Origin: Octopus sinensis
Taxonomy: Eukaryota
Direction: 5' to 3'
NCBI RefSeq assembly: GCF_006345805.1
Contig: NC_042998.1
Coordinates: 139,004,001 to 139,068,000, forward strand
Length of the DNA: 64,000 bases
In this document: positions 51,076-64,000 of the stretch, in pieces
Position numbering within the stretch: the stretch's first letter is position 1
Layout: each line of letters begins with the position of its first letter
Program-made: the position numbers and the translations under genes
The notes under the pieces: model-generated
The model's database searches: none
Told to the model about the DNA's origin: nothing
Seen by the model: only the letters and a program-made list of their open reading frames with translations

Positions 51076-51847
51076 AGCTTATAATGGTGCCTTGTCCATG
51101 GCCACTACCAACAGACATTCACATAGTTTCCATTTACCATATTGCAATTTACAAAACATTGGTCAACACAAGACTATGGCAAAAGACAATTGCTCAAGTG
51201 CTATACAGTCAGATTGAACTCAGGAACTATATTGCTGCAAAGCAAAGTCTTAAGTGTACAGCCATAAAGAAGATTTATATCTAGTTGAAAAAAATCATAA
51301 ATTATCCATCTCTCAAGAGGTTCTGTGATCAGATAGAAAATCAGATTTCTTTCCTTCCAAATCCAATGTTCCAAATCATTTATTTATGCTTTTCTTCTCT
51401 ACTTTTTCTATTTTCTAAAAATCATTTGAAAATTAAACTCTTCTGCAACAGTGATAGGAAAAAATATTTTCTTACTTAGGTAGAAGGTTAAATATTTAAC
51501 AAAGGTGGATGGGTAAAAGAATCAGATTCATATGGTGTCGTCCGTGACTTCCTCAAAGTCACTAACACTATAAATTAAGGGACTCAGTTACTCTATTAAA
51601 ATTGTGAATAATGAGCCCTGTTGAATTACTTTGCTTAGAAATAGGTGAGGTTTGACAGCAAGGAGGGCACCTGGTTATAGAAAATCTGCTTCAACAAATT
51701 CCATCCAACCCATGCAAGCATGAAAAAGTGGATGTTACATGATGATGATAATGAAAAGATGAAAGGCAAAGTTGACTTCATTGGGATTTGAACTCAAAGC
51801 ACTGGATATCAAAAATAATGTGAGGCATTCTATCCAATGCTTTAATG

Positions 51848-53025
51848 CAGTATTTCTCAACCTTTTTTACTCTTGTATAACCCTTAAAATATATTACATG
51901 TCTCAAGGAACCCCTTCCCCCTCCCCCAAATTGTATACCATATCTTTCTCATATTTTTTTCCTCATAGTTCACATGGTAAATATCACATATATATATACA
52001 TATATATATAATAGTAATAATAATAATAATAATAATAATAGAAAATTTAGACAAATATGTATTAGATTAGTGTGCTTAAATGTTGAGTAGAGCACTGACA
52101 CAGTTTAGTCTACCTGTTGTCATCCATAGTTGTGGTATACTCTCATTGGATTTACTTCAGGAACTTCACAGTGGCAGTTAAGGTAGTAGTATTAATTAAT
52201 AGTAGGAGATGGATTTACCTATACCTATAGCTCCTGAGATTTTCAGCTTCTCAGCTTTAAAAGTCCTTAGCCCTAAAAGATGGCTAAAGTTGTTGCTCTA
52301 TATGTATGTGTGTATATATATATATATGTATATATATAAGACAGAAGCCAGTCAGGTGGGTCTGGCATCAATCACGTTCAGATAGTACTTTTTACGTGCC
52401 ACCAGCACAGGAGCCAGGCAGGGGGTACTGGCATTGGCCACATTCAGGTAGTGCTTTTTCATGCCATCGGCACAAGAGCCAGTCAGAGGACACTGGCATT
52501 GATCACATTCAGATGATGCCTTTTACATGCCACTAGAACGAAGGCCAGTCAGGGGGCAATGGCCACAACTGCGATTTTGGTTTTACTTGACTCGACAGGT
52601 CTTCTCAAGCATATCATATCACATCAAGGGTACTCTTAAATGGGCCAGGCGTGCAACACTGGCATTGGCCATGGCTGCAATCTCACTTTAGTTGCCGGGT
52701 CTTCTCAACCGCAACATATTTCCAAAAGTCTTGGTCTCTTGTCATTGCCTCCGTGAGGCCCAATGTTCGAAGGTCATGCTTCACCTTCTCATCCCATGTC
52801 TTCCTGGGTCTACCTCTTCCACAAGTTCCTTCCACAGTCAGGGAGTGGCACCTCCTCACACAGCTGTCTTCATCCTTACATAACACTTGACCATACCAGC
52901 ACAGTCGTTTCTCTTGCACACCACATTTGATGTCTCTTATGTCCAACTTTTCTCTCAGGGTGCTTACACTGTCGTCTATACACACTGACATTACACATCC
53001 AGCGGATCATACTTGCTTCACTTCT

Positions 53026-53063
<38 letters not shown>

Positions 53064-53242
53064 GGTTTCCATAAATTACAGGTATCACTAAATATATCCT
53101 CAGTGGTTGTTATATATTTTTTGATAACATATAGGTTTACAATAACTAATAATTTATTGTGCATATATAGTAATATTACAATCATGAAATTAGCATTATC
53201 TTATCTTACTCTTTCTCGCGGAACCCCGGTTGAGGAACACTG
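51848..53242. mobile_element. hAT-type non-autonomous element with nested insertions
   Basis: Ends CAGTATTTCTCAACC and GGTTGAGGAACACTG; 8-bp flanks CTTTAATG/CTCAAATG (6/8 match). It interrupts a SINE head. Confidence 0.7.
52330..53026 (-). mobile_element. RTE-clade LINE 3' fragment
   Basis: SEASMIRWMCNVSV / TLREKLDIRDIKCGVQEKRLCWYGQVL..GRGRPRKTWDEKVKHDLRTLGLTEAM, then ~65-bp UTR repeats. Confidence 0.88.
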
Positions 53243-56200
53243 CTCAAATGACTCTGCCAATTTGTCTCTCATAGTTTATCTGTTAATGACAATATGCAAC
53301 TCATTCAATAATAAATAGATAGGGTGGAGCCATGGAGAACTTTACCAGGGATAGTATATGTTCTTTTGACCTTTAATCAATAGACAAAAGGTTAGTCCTA
53401 CTGATGGGTAGATATTTGAAATAGCTATTGACAACAAATGCTCTTGTCAAGTAAACATGATAATGTTTTTTACTATATAAAATGTGTATTTAATATATTT
53501 CTCAGCTCTTGCATTATGCTGTACATACATAGGCGAAAATCAGAAAAGCATAAATTTATAGTTCATACTTTGATCACGCTCACCAACTGTTTTCATTAGG
53601 ATAAACATTAATTCCATACTTACTTAATTGCAATACATAATTAGTTCAAATAAGTTAAAAAGTCCTGTTTACCTAAATCATAAGGAGTATTATGTGTTAC
53701 TTCAATCAGGAAACCTTAATTGGTTTAAATACAGCAGAACAGAGAAAAATACACATGCAAATATACACATATATACATATGTATATGTATATATACATAC
53801 ACATATGTACACTCTCTCTCGCACATGCATGCACTCACACACACATACATATCATCATTTAATGTCCCTTTTTTGATGTTGCCATAGTTCAACAGGGACC
53901 AATGAATCATAGGGTTGTGCTGAGCTCTAATATCTGCCTTGGTATGGCTTCTTCAGCTGAATACCCTGTGAAATATCAACCACTTTACATAGTGTACAGG
54001 GTGCAATTTGTTTTTTTTTTTTTTTTGTGGCACCTGCAGAGGTGTTGTCACTAAGTACTCAGAAGACAAGTCCCCTGATCTTAGTGGGGTATAGTATTAG
54101 TATTGAAGGATGTGAAAGTATGATAGAGGGACAAGAGCAGGTAGGTGTCATGCTGAAGAGATGACTACATAGCTTCCCGATCTGGAAAGAGAGAGAGGAA
54201 GAGTAAAAGATGAGAGGTCAAAGGACAAGGTGAATATAAGAGAGAGAGAGAAGCCTGAGAAATGACTATTAATTGCGAAATGTTTCATGTGAAGAGTTTA
54301 TATTTCTAGCTCAGACTTAGTGGTGACCTGGTGGAGAGAACAACATTGTATCTTGCTCAACTTAGGTGCAAAACAAGTAGATTCAATTACCTTTACAATG
54401 TCCCAATGCATGAGTCAACAAAAGTTTAGTATGTCATTACAGCAAGTGTAAATTATATTGCAAACTATCTCTAGAATTTTATTTATATTACTTTCATTTG
54501 GCATTTCTTCCTCTTTTTCATGTTGGAACATGCTGACTTCAGGATGCTTTTTTATCCTTTACAAATTCTAAGTTGGATCAGCTGGCTATGAAAGGGGGGA
54601 AAATTAATCATGATGATATAGCTTTAGAAAGCATATGAAGTGTGAGTGGCTTCATGTGTTTATGTTTTTTTGTAACAGTTACCAAGAGGCCAGAGCCAAG
54701 ATTCTACTGCCAAATTAGATTTATTGAAGACAGGTGTGGTTATGTGGTTAAGAAGTTTGCTTTCCAGCTGCATGGTTTCAAGTTCAGTCCCACTGCATAG
54801 CACTGTGGGCAAGTGTCTTCTTTTATAGGCCCAGGCTAACCAAAGTCTTATGAGAGAATTTGATAGACAGAGAAAAAAGCCTGTTGTGTGTGTGTGTGTG
54901 TGCATGCATATGTATATACATATATACGTGCATGTATGTATGTATATATATATATATGTTTGTTACTATCTCCCTGCCATGACTTTGTATGATAGTTGTA
55001 AACAAGTGCCACCATCATGCAAGAGGTCTCCCTTATTTCCAATCTTTTGTAAAAACATGTCTGGTCATATTACTTTACTTGGATACAGTTGAGGGTTAGC
55101 ATCAGGAAGTGCATCCAGCTGTAGGAAATCTACCTCAACAAATTCCATCTGAATTGTACGAGTATGGGAAGTAGACATTAAAACAATGATGATCATGGTC
55201 ATCATTATGATCATGAAAGATTTCTTTTTCTCTTTTTTTTAGAGCAATTTTTTTTAGTCATCATCATCATAATTATTATAAGTTTGTGGCATGCGAGTTA
55301 TTTTTTGGTAATCTTCCAACTCAGCTTTACAAATTATTATTCATGTTGTTTTTTAAACAGTTCCCAGATTTCTAAATGAATGTCAAGTTTATATTATTAG
55401 ATATCTCGATAATATCTTTAAGAAGACAATGTAGGTTGTCAAGGCAATGAAATGCTAGAATGTATGCTAGATTGAAAAGGATAAAAGAATAAATAAGAAA
55501 AAAATAATTACAAACTCGTTACCCCACTAATTATAATCACCTGCAGATATATGCTACAACACATTTCATTCACTACAGCAAATTTACCTTTTCAGACATT
55601 TTTGAATATATTCCAGGTGAGTTAATTATGAAGAGAAATACTTTCAAATCTTATGGGCAAAGGATTTAATAGTTTTGTATTTCAAAAGATTTTTCTTTTT
55701 CCAGAAAAATTAAAATCATCAAACTTTTTTATATTAATCATGGTTCATGCTTTATGTTTTTGGTTTATTTAATTTTATTACAATTGGGCTGTTTTTTTTT
55801 CTGGCGGGAATTATTTTCACATTTTGTTTTTCTGGCGTAATTTGTTTATTTTTATTTGTTTATTTTTATACATTCAAGCAGTCCAGAATATTTTCTTCTT
55901 GTAAATATCAAAACTAGTTAGGTCTGATTCAGATTAATTAAATTCTTTGTTAATGAGGCGTTCTGTTCAGTAGACATTAGCAGGTCAGTGATGTAGAGGA
56001 GGAGAATATACTTTTGCTGATATCAACAGTATGATATTCCGTTTCGTGTGAAATACTCATCATTTTTCTATTTATTGTTTGGCCACGTTCGCCCTATTAA
56101 TGACAGAATAGACTAGTGAAGCAGGTAGTTAATTAAGATATATACAGTAATATAGGTTTCAAATTTTGGCACAAGGCCAGCAAGTTCAGGGAAGGAGGTA

Positions 56201-56869
56201 AGTCTATTATATTGACTCCAGCACTCAACTGGTACTTAATTTATTGACCCCAAAAGGATGAAAGGCAAAGTTCAACCTTAATGGAATTTGAACTCAGAAT
56301 ATAAGGATGGATGAAATGCTGCTAAGCATTTTGCCCAGCATGCTAACAATTCTGCCAACTCACCACTATGATATATACAGTAATGTTCTTTTCTACTCTA
56401 GGCACAAAGCCCAAAATTTTAGCGGGGTGGGGCAGTCGATTAGATTGACCCTAGTATGCAACTGGTACTCAATTTATTGACTCCGAAAGGATAAAAGGCA
56501 AAGCCAGAACATAAAGACAGATAAAATACCACTAAGCATTTCGCCCAGTGTGCTAACGTTTCTGCCAGCTTGCCAGCTTATATACAGTAATATTGAAATA
56601 AGAACATATTAGTTTTCACTTGAATGACTGAATAATACTAATATGTTCTTAAGTAAATTGGTTTAAGTTAATGTTTTATCGGAAAGATATGGCCAAGTAG
56701 TAAGTTCCAAGAAGTGATCCTATGAAAGACAGTATGGAGAAAGTATAGTTCTTAGAAGACAATGGCCTTTCCACCTCCACTATTCATCCATCCATCCATC
56801 TTCATAGCCCTTTCTTGCTGTGTGGGTCATGGGGCGGAATCATACAGTACACCCTGCAGAAGGTCCTAT

Positions 56870-57585
56870 AAGAAGCACCTGTCAGCAAATGTTTTCACTG
56901 AACACGCCAAAAGTTTGGTGATACTCAAGCTCAAACCACCCAGATTATTCAGCAGGTCTTTGGTGATGATGTCATGGGCAAAACTCAGATCAAGGAGTAG
57001 TACAACCACTTCAAACATGGCCACACCTCAGTGTAGAGCAAGACATGCTCAGGCTGGCAGGCCACAAACTAAGATGAGGTACCTATTGAGAAAGTTCAGC
57101 AAATAGTCATTGAAAGCCATTTTGTAACAATCCAAGAAATTGCTCACAAAGTGGAAATAAGCACAGGATCAGTGCATTCCATTTTAACAGGGGATTTGTG
57201 CATGCGGTGAGTGTTGGCGAAATTTCTCTTCGAGATGCTAGTAGAGCAGCAGAAGCAACCTCGCATAGAAATCACTCAGGACATGCTGGACTGAGCAAAC
57301 CACAGCCCAGACTTCATGAAGACCATCATCACTGAAGATAAGACATGGGTTTATAGACTGTTCAATGCATTCAGTCATTTTGCATGCAAACAAGAATCTG
57401 CCAAGTGCACATTACACACCTGTTCTCTAGGTGTAACAACCAGGAACTGACATGGCCTACTGGCTCAAGAAATTTCACCAATGTGCAGGAAGGGTGGCAG
57501 CACCTCCTACCCAAAGGATTTTGCCCACATGGCATTAGTTTTGGCAGGAAAAAAATAGTTGGATACTTTTTGTACACACCTCATA
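56870..57585 (+). mobile_element. Second copy of the same deleted mariner-like family
   Basis: QIIQQVFGDDVMGKTQIKE*YNHFKHG ... DFMKTIITEDKTWVY with stops, followed by the same long TIR ending ggatactttttgtacacacctcata. Confidence 0.8.
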
Positions 57586-60500
57586 CATTCATAAATACAT
57601 GCATAATGTGTGTACATGTGTACCAACACATGCACTCACATGTAACCACATTGTGGTTGCTTCATCTTGTTAGATGATGGCCATTTTAACATTCAATAAT
57701 TCAGTCCAGTTATTCCATAACATATGGCTATTTGCTCTGAGATGACTGTTCAGACTTGCTGATGATTTATAAAGTTTAGATCAAATATAGAACCAAGTAT
57801 ATCTTTAGGAATAATTGTGTGCTTCTGTCAGGTATATGTCTTCACAATCCAGGTTTGAATTTGCACACTGCACAGGTATGTTATAGATGTGGAGGTAAGA
57901 AGTTGGTATCCAAAAAATAATCATGTAATTTTATTCCCCCAGGTGTAAATCCTGCACATACAACACATGGACATTCCCCTAGGACTGACTTACCTTTAAC
58001 AATGCAGTTTTGACACCATGTGCAACAAGAACCCATGCATACATATATACACTAATACATGCTTATATGTATGTCTACACACTTGAAGTTACCTAGATTC
58101 CAATGAAAGCACCTTGTTTCTGTGTTAATAACTGGTGGGGTGGAGTTTCTCCACTGGTGAAAAATATGCAAAAAAAAAAAAAATTATAAACACACACATT
58201 CTATGTTTTCTTTCATTACAATTTTACTTTGTTAAGAGTGAATATGTGTATACTATAACATTTAAACTAGAGTATTGCAAGAATGTCATATTTAAGATAC
58301 CAACCTGTAAGACAAGGCTGAACCTGTGATAAAATCAAAATAAACATCTGAATGTTGTAAATAAAACTTGGGACTAGTAGTATCAAAGTGTAAGATATTT
58401 ATAACTTGGAGATACATTATTGTAACTGTTGAAAGATACTGGCCTATATTTTTGCTACACTGATTGTGTAAAAATCTTTTTGTTTTATGTAACATCTAAT
58501 GTAACAGATGCAAAATTGGTTGTTAGATCATCAAATAGAATGCCTCATAATGTTTGTTGCTGATATCTGTGCTTATGAGTTCTAATCTCAGAGGTTTGTC
58601 ATTCATCTTTTTACTAACTTACTAAAGCTGTTTTGCTCCCTGTGAAGTATAAGCCATCAACAACTTACTTTCACTCTTCCTGACCCTGGGCTGTCTTCTC
58701 TCCAGTCAAACTCCTGCTTTTTCAACTTTTTTTTTTTTTGGGTTTTGCCTCACTACATCTTAAATTTCCTTGAGAAAAGGCCTTCCTCTTTCAATTTTTG
58801 TTGGTTTTGGACTGTCATTGATACTTCTGTAACTTTGCTTTTTTTTCTAGGTAGTGGTGGTGGTGGTTTGCCCTATGCAAACCTATTTTTACTTTTGAAA
58901 AGTGGTGATCCATTTTACTGACCTCCATCCTTTAATCTGTCATGTATGGGAGGTTCCACAAAGAGCTTGCACTCCACTGGCATAGTCCTCAGGGTCATTG
59001 AGGCACACAAACCATCACATCACAAGAAAACTAAACCTTGGGGTTTCAACCTTTTGAGGTTGATGAAAAAGTACCAATCCATGGGGGTGGATTGGTAGAA
59101 CAGCGAGAATACTGCAGTACTTATTTCAGCTCTTTTGCATTCTGAGCTCAAACCTAACCATAGCCTACTTGGGTGGTAAGCTTAAACTGCTACTCAGCTT
59201 AACATTACTATATGGCATTTTGGATACCTTTAGTAGAAAAGTCCAACCTTTTGTGAGCATTCAGGTCAACTCTGTGGTTTGAGGATACTTTCCTCCTTCT
59301 CACCTATCAGTCTTGGAGACTCTGTGAAAGAAGAGTCATGGGCATTTTATTTTCTCCTTCCTTCTGAATGAAAGAAGAAAAGTAAAGAAGCTAACATTTA
59401 AGTAGAGATGCGATTGGATATAGGTTAGGGTTATATGGAGATAAATATTATGGCTGGGTTTGTATAATTTGTAAAGGTGCATGGCTCAGTGGTTTGAGTG
59501 TCGGGTTCACAATCATGATGTAGTGAGTTCAATTCCCTGACCGGACTGTGTCTTGAGCAAGACACTTTATTCCATATTGCTCTAGTTCTCTCAGCTAGAA
59601 ATGAGTTGCAACATCACTCGTGCCTAGCTGTATCAGCCTTTGCCCATCCCTTGGATAACATCGGTAGTGTGGAAGGGGAGGCTGGTATGCATGAGTGACT
59701 GCTGGTCTTCCATAAACAACCTTGCCCAAACTCCACCTTGGAAGGGAACTTTCTAGATGCAATCCTGGCAGTCAAAGTACTCTAGCCGGATTGGTCAGCA
59801 GACAACTGTTGCCCCAATGACTAATACTTTTGCATTTGAACAGTTTTTGTAGTGTGAGATTTTTCCAAGGATAGGGTGCTAGCCCAGCCACTTGCATTTA
59901 GGAAGGAGTCTGTATATAGAACTGTCTATGACTATTATCCAAGATCCACAAAGTATAGTGTGGATCACCTTGAGTTGTGGACACCTGGTTATTGGTTTCC
60001 TTGAGACTCCTCTGTTCTGGTCATTGACCTCCACCTGCTTAGTGGTGTGGTGTCAACTCCCCCACCCCCCACCCATGTGTTTTACTCCACCAAATGAGAT
60101 AATATATCAAGGTGTGGCACTTGGTCCTAGCACATGAAAGATTTAGAGGGTGAGTTAGAGGCAGTGATGCCTGTCCACTGTATCAGGTAGAGAGCAGCAT
60201 ACTAGACACCAAAGGTAGTATCTCTACCCATAGCCCCACTACATCCCTTTGTAGCCCCACTACATCCCTATGATCACATATCAAATTTCAACAGTTGGAT
60301 GGCAAACAGGCTGAAATATGTGAAATCATGAAAAGTTTATGAAAGGAATCAAGGGTAATATAAGAAGTATGAATGCTATTGAAAGAGTTAGATAGTATGA
60401 CAATAAATGGAAAAATTGCATCACAATCATCTGGATAATTACATCAAATGGTTGTTATGCATTAGTGTATTATGAAAACTGTTATATCTTTAGAAGCTAA

Positions 60501-62479
60501 ATTCTATAATCCAGACATGATTGGATAACTCTGTTGATGTGTGTCTGTATCTGTTAATGAGTTCAGTCAATAACCTGGTTATGAAGATCTAATATTTACA
60601 TTTAAAAAATGCTGTAGAGTATTGATTGCAAGCGTGCGTGTCTGTTTGTCTGTGTGTGTGTGTTATATCTCTAGAAAAGAAAAAAACTACTAAACTTGTC
60701 TGTCACAAGCTAAAAATAAGGTGCCACTCCCACTTCAAGTTATGTGGGAAGCTTTAAGTAAAGCAGTATCTTTTATCTGCACTTCCTTGTGTAGGTATGG
60801 AAATTATGAATGCTCCTAAATACAAATTTAGATCCTTGTAGTTTCACACTTGTGTCAGTTTCTGTTAAGTGGGGGATGGGTAGAGGACATTCAAAACTTC
60901 CGGGTAAAGTGGAATAGCATTTATTTATTTGACTTATTAAGGTGGTAGCACACTGGGCGTAGCAACGTTTCTTACAGCTCTTTATGTTCTAGGTTCAAAT
61001 TCCACTGAGGTCAACTTTGCCTTTCCTCCTTTCAGGGCCAATAGAATAAGTACCATTTGAGCACTTGAGTTGATGTAATTGACTAGCCCCCTCCCCAAAA
61101 TTTCAGGTGTTGTACCTATTATTTATTAATTTAAAGCTGAGTCTCCATGGATTGTTATTTAGAATTTGTTTTACGTCTCAAATAACTGAATGTATATAGA
61201 TTAGACATGTATACATATATTTATTGATGTGCTAATACTATAGACAACCTACGTTTTTTTCTCTGTTGGTTGCATATGAGCAAGTGACAATGAATGGAAG
61301 AAGAGGAAAAGAATCGGAGCTAGAGAAAGAATAAGAGTAAGCTGATGGATGAAGGGGAAGGTGGAGGGAGAGTAAAAGCCAAAAAAAAAAAAAAAGAGAA
61401 AATGGAGTGGAGGTAGACAGAAAGAAGTAGAGAAGAGGCCAGTCTAAATAGAAGATGAGGAGGGGAATATAAGCAGAAGAATTAGAAGAACAGGAAAGGA
61501 GAAAGAATGAAGAGGAGTAAAGAAAAAAATATCATTTAAAATTACTATTATCCTCATCATCAACATTTAATGTCCATTTTCCATGCTGGCATGGGTTGGA
61601 CAACTGACTGTAGCTGGTAAGGCCAGGGGCTGCACCAGGATTCCATAGTCTGTTTTGGTTTGGTTTCTACAGCTAGATGCCCTTCCTAATGCCAACTACT
61701 TTACAGAGTGTACTGGTTGATTTTTACATGTCACCACCAACAGTACTTTTTGCATAGCACCAACACCCACAACAGTGATTTTTATGTAGGACCTGAGGAT
61801 CTTTATTCTGTTGTAGTGGATAGATTTTCTTGAGTAAAACAATACACCACGTATCTCAGTCCTCTGTCACTTCCTTCATAAGGCTCAGTGTTTTGAGATT
61901 GGCCTTCAGTACTTCATCTCATGTTTTCCTGGGTCTCCCTTTTCCATAACTTTTCTCCTTACCACACAACCACGCCTGTGTATTTACGTGCGTGTATGTC
62001 TTTCTTTGTGTCTCTTTCTTTTAACATCACATGATGATAGTTGTAAATGAGTGTTATTGTCAAACAAACAGTATCATTCATTTGCAATATTCTCTGTAGG
62101 TATGCCTGACCATGGAGAAATATTACCATGTTTGGAAATAGGTATGGGTTGGAATCAGGAAGAGCATCTTGCCATAGTAAATCTTTCTCTGTAAACTCTG
62201 TCTGATCCATGCAAGCATGGAAAAATGATGATGATGATTTTTGTCTCTTGGATTTTTAAATTCTTTTTTATATTTTGTGCCATATAAAAACGTTTGTATA
62301 TTATACTTGGTGATAGTGTCTCAGATGTCGTGATGAATATAAATAATAGTTGCACCATAACTGTCCCATGAGAAAATTCCCATCTACTAATACTATGAAC
62401 ATACATTTGGCAAGAAAAGTATTTATCCATGTTCCTATCTTTCCCAACATTCATGTTCTATTTTTAACATTATATTGAA

Positions 62480-63620
62480 TTCAGACTTGTCAGAGGCTTT
62501 TTGCAAAGTCTCACATATATAACTCTATATTTAAGAGCTTTGCAAATTCTGTATACGTAACATTGTAATTGTCTCTCTTTTTGATAATCTTGTCATAGTG
62601 ATTTAATAGTTGGGATAGGCATGATTTGTTCCTTTTTTATAAAACCATGTTGATTATCTTTGCATTTATCATTTGAATTTATTGATTCACACATTGCTTT
62701 TCTGACTGCTCTTTCAAAAATTTTTGTAATCAAACTTGTAAGAGATATTGGTTTATAATTTTCGCCAAAACTTTGGCTGCTTTTGAAGATAGGAATAACT
62801 TTCACCTTCCACATGTCTGATGGCTATGTTTACAGTTTGTTTGTTTTTTTAATTTCTATTGGCCATGTATCAGAGCCTGAACTTCTCTTAATTTGGTATG
62901 AAGTTGATTGCATCTGTAATTGTTTTCTTGGTAATATTAATGTCTCTCAGATGATTTGTCTTTTTTTCCTCATCAAAGAACTGTTCAATCACAAATTTTC
63001 TTTCTTTTTTGGGGGGGAGGGCTGGGTGGTGGTCATAGGTGGGGTGTACTAAAAGTTGATGCATACTGGTCTTTTAACATTTGTTTGTAATTTCGTCATT
63101 TTCATAATTCGTCAGGAGAGTTTTCTCTAAATTTTTTAGTGGCCCAGTTGTTGATTTTGTGTTGGTGGTCTTGTTTGGTTATTTATTAACGAATCTTAAA
63201 TTTGTTTTGATTTTTACTGATTGTGCTTGATTCACACTGTTCTGTTACATCAACTTTCAAATTTGTTTTTTATAATTTTCTTTTTATTATTTTTAATATT
63301 GATTTTTTCTCTCTCAGCTCTTTGAGATTTTTCTACAATATTTTTCTTTCTTTTTGATACCTTTAAATAATTTCTTATTTCTTTCAAGAATATGTTTTCT
63401 ACAGATTACTAGCATTCTATCTGTTAGAATTTGGTACAGTCCTTGTATATGTTTTTCTTCAACTTCCTCATTCCATTTAATTCTGGTTATCTTTCCTTTA
63501 ATTTGTCGCCATTTTAGTTTCCTTTGACCAGAGATTTAGAGAAACCTCAATTCTTTGTATCTTGATCTCTTGTTTTTATCACTCTTGTCTTTGGATATTC
63601 AATGATATTGTGATTATACT
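62480..63620 (-). mobile_element. CR1/Jockey-like LINE ORF2 remnant
   Basis: WKVKVIPIFKSSQSFGENYKPISLTSLITKIFE..NQHGF (start of RT domain), preceded by a decayed Lys-rich linker. Confidence 0.85.
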
Positions 63621-64000
63621 GGCAGAATCATTAGGGCATCAGAAAAACTACTTTGCAGCATTCGATCCAGCTCTTTATGTCCTGAGTTCAAATCCCAAGA
63701 TTTGAACTAGATAGGCTAGGCTTTTCATCTTTATAGGGTCAAAAAACTAAAGTACAAGTCAAGTACTGGAATTGATGGCATCAACTAACCTCCTTTCCCT
63801 TTGAAATTACTGAAAGATAAGATTTAGAGTGTGTATTAAAATTTAGAATGTTAGTCTTCGACAATGCAGAAGTAGTCACACACACCATGATGATATATAC
63901 TTCTAAAGACTGTTTTTTTTTTTGTGGGTTTCATAACATGCTGTTAGTGTGGTTAAGATTGAAACTGCCTGTGCATAATTGCACTGAACCCTTTAGCATT

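Noticed and set aside
58640-58830. Minus-strand segment with gtaagt and a KIERGRP (AT-hook-like) peptide
   Set aside because: The frame is interrupted by stops and a poly-A/T run; no supporting exons.

Overview
AT-rich, repeat-dense eukaryotic genomic DNA. The SINE families, RTE-type tails and long (AT)n/(CA)n/(GAT)n tracts look like Octopus (cephalopod) sequence; the species is an inference. Only one protein-coding exon is recognisable: an 85-nt internal exon (43788-43872, +) encoding the start of the VHS domain of a TOM1/TOM1L2-family gene. I could not find its neighbouring exons in the window. Nearly all ORFs in the supplied track are spurious or are transposon remnants. Mobile DNA includes mariner (one near full length, 22 nt from the exon donor), maT/DD37D, piggyBac-type, hAT-type and Helentron-type non-autonomous elements, RTE and CR1-like LINE fragments, and three tRNA-derived SINE families. 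The most interesting signal is a set of hammerhead-ribozyme (HHR) modules in the first 20 kb, probably from Penelope-like elements. These are: a 754-bp insertion with a 15-bp target-site duplication whose perfect ~308-bp inverted arms each carry a canonical CUGAUGA/GAAA type I hammerhead; a second 70-bp-arm palindrome carrying a back-to-back pair of C4-variant hammerheads; a third motif with a compensatory G3-C8 core; and a weaker U3 motif. All have self-complementary helix III. Self-cleavage activity is untested and repeat-family names come from recall, not database searches.
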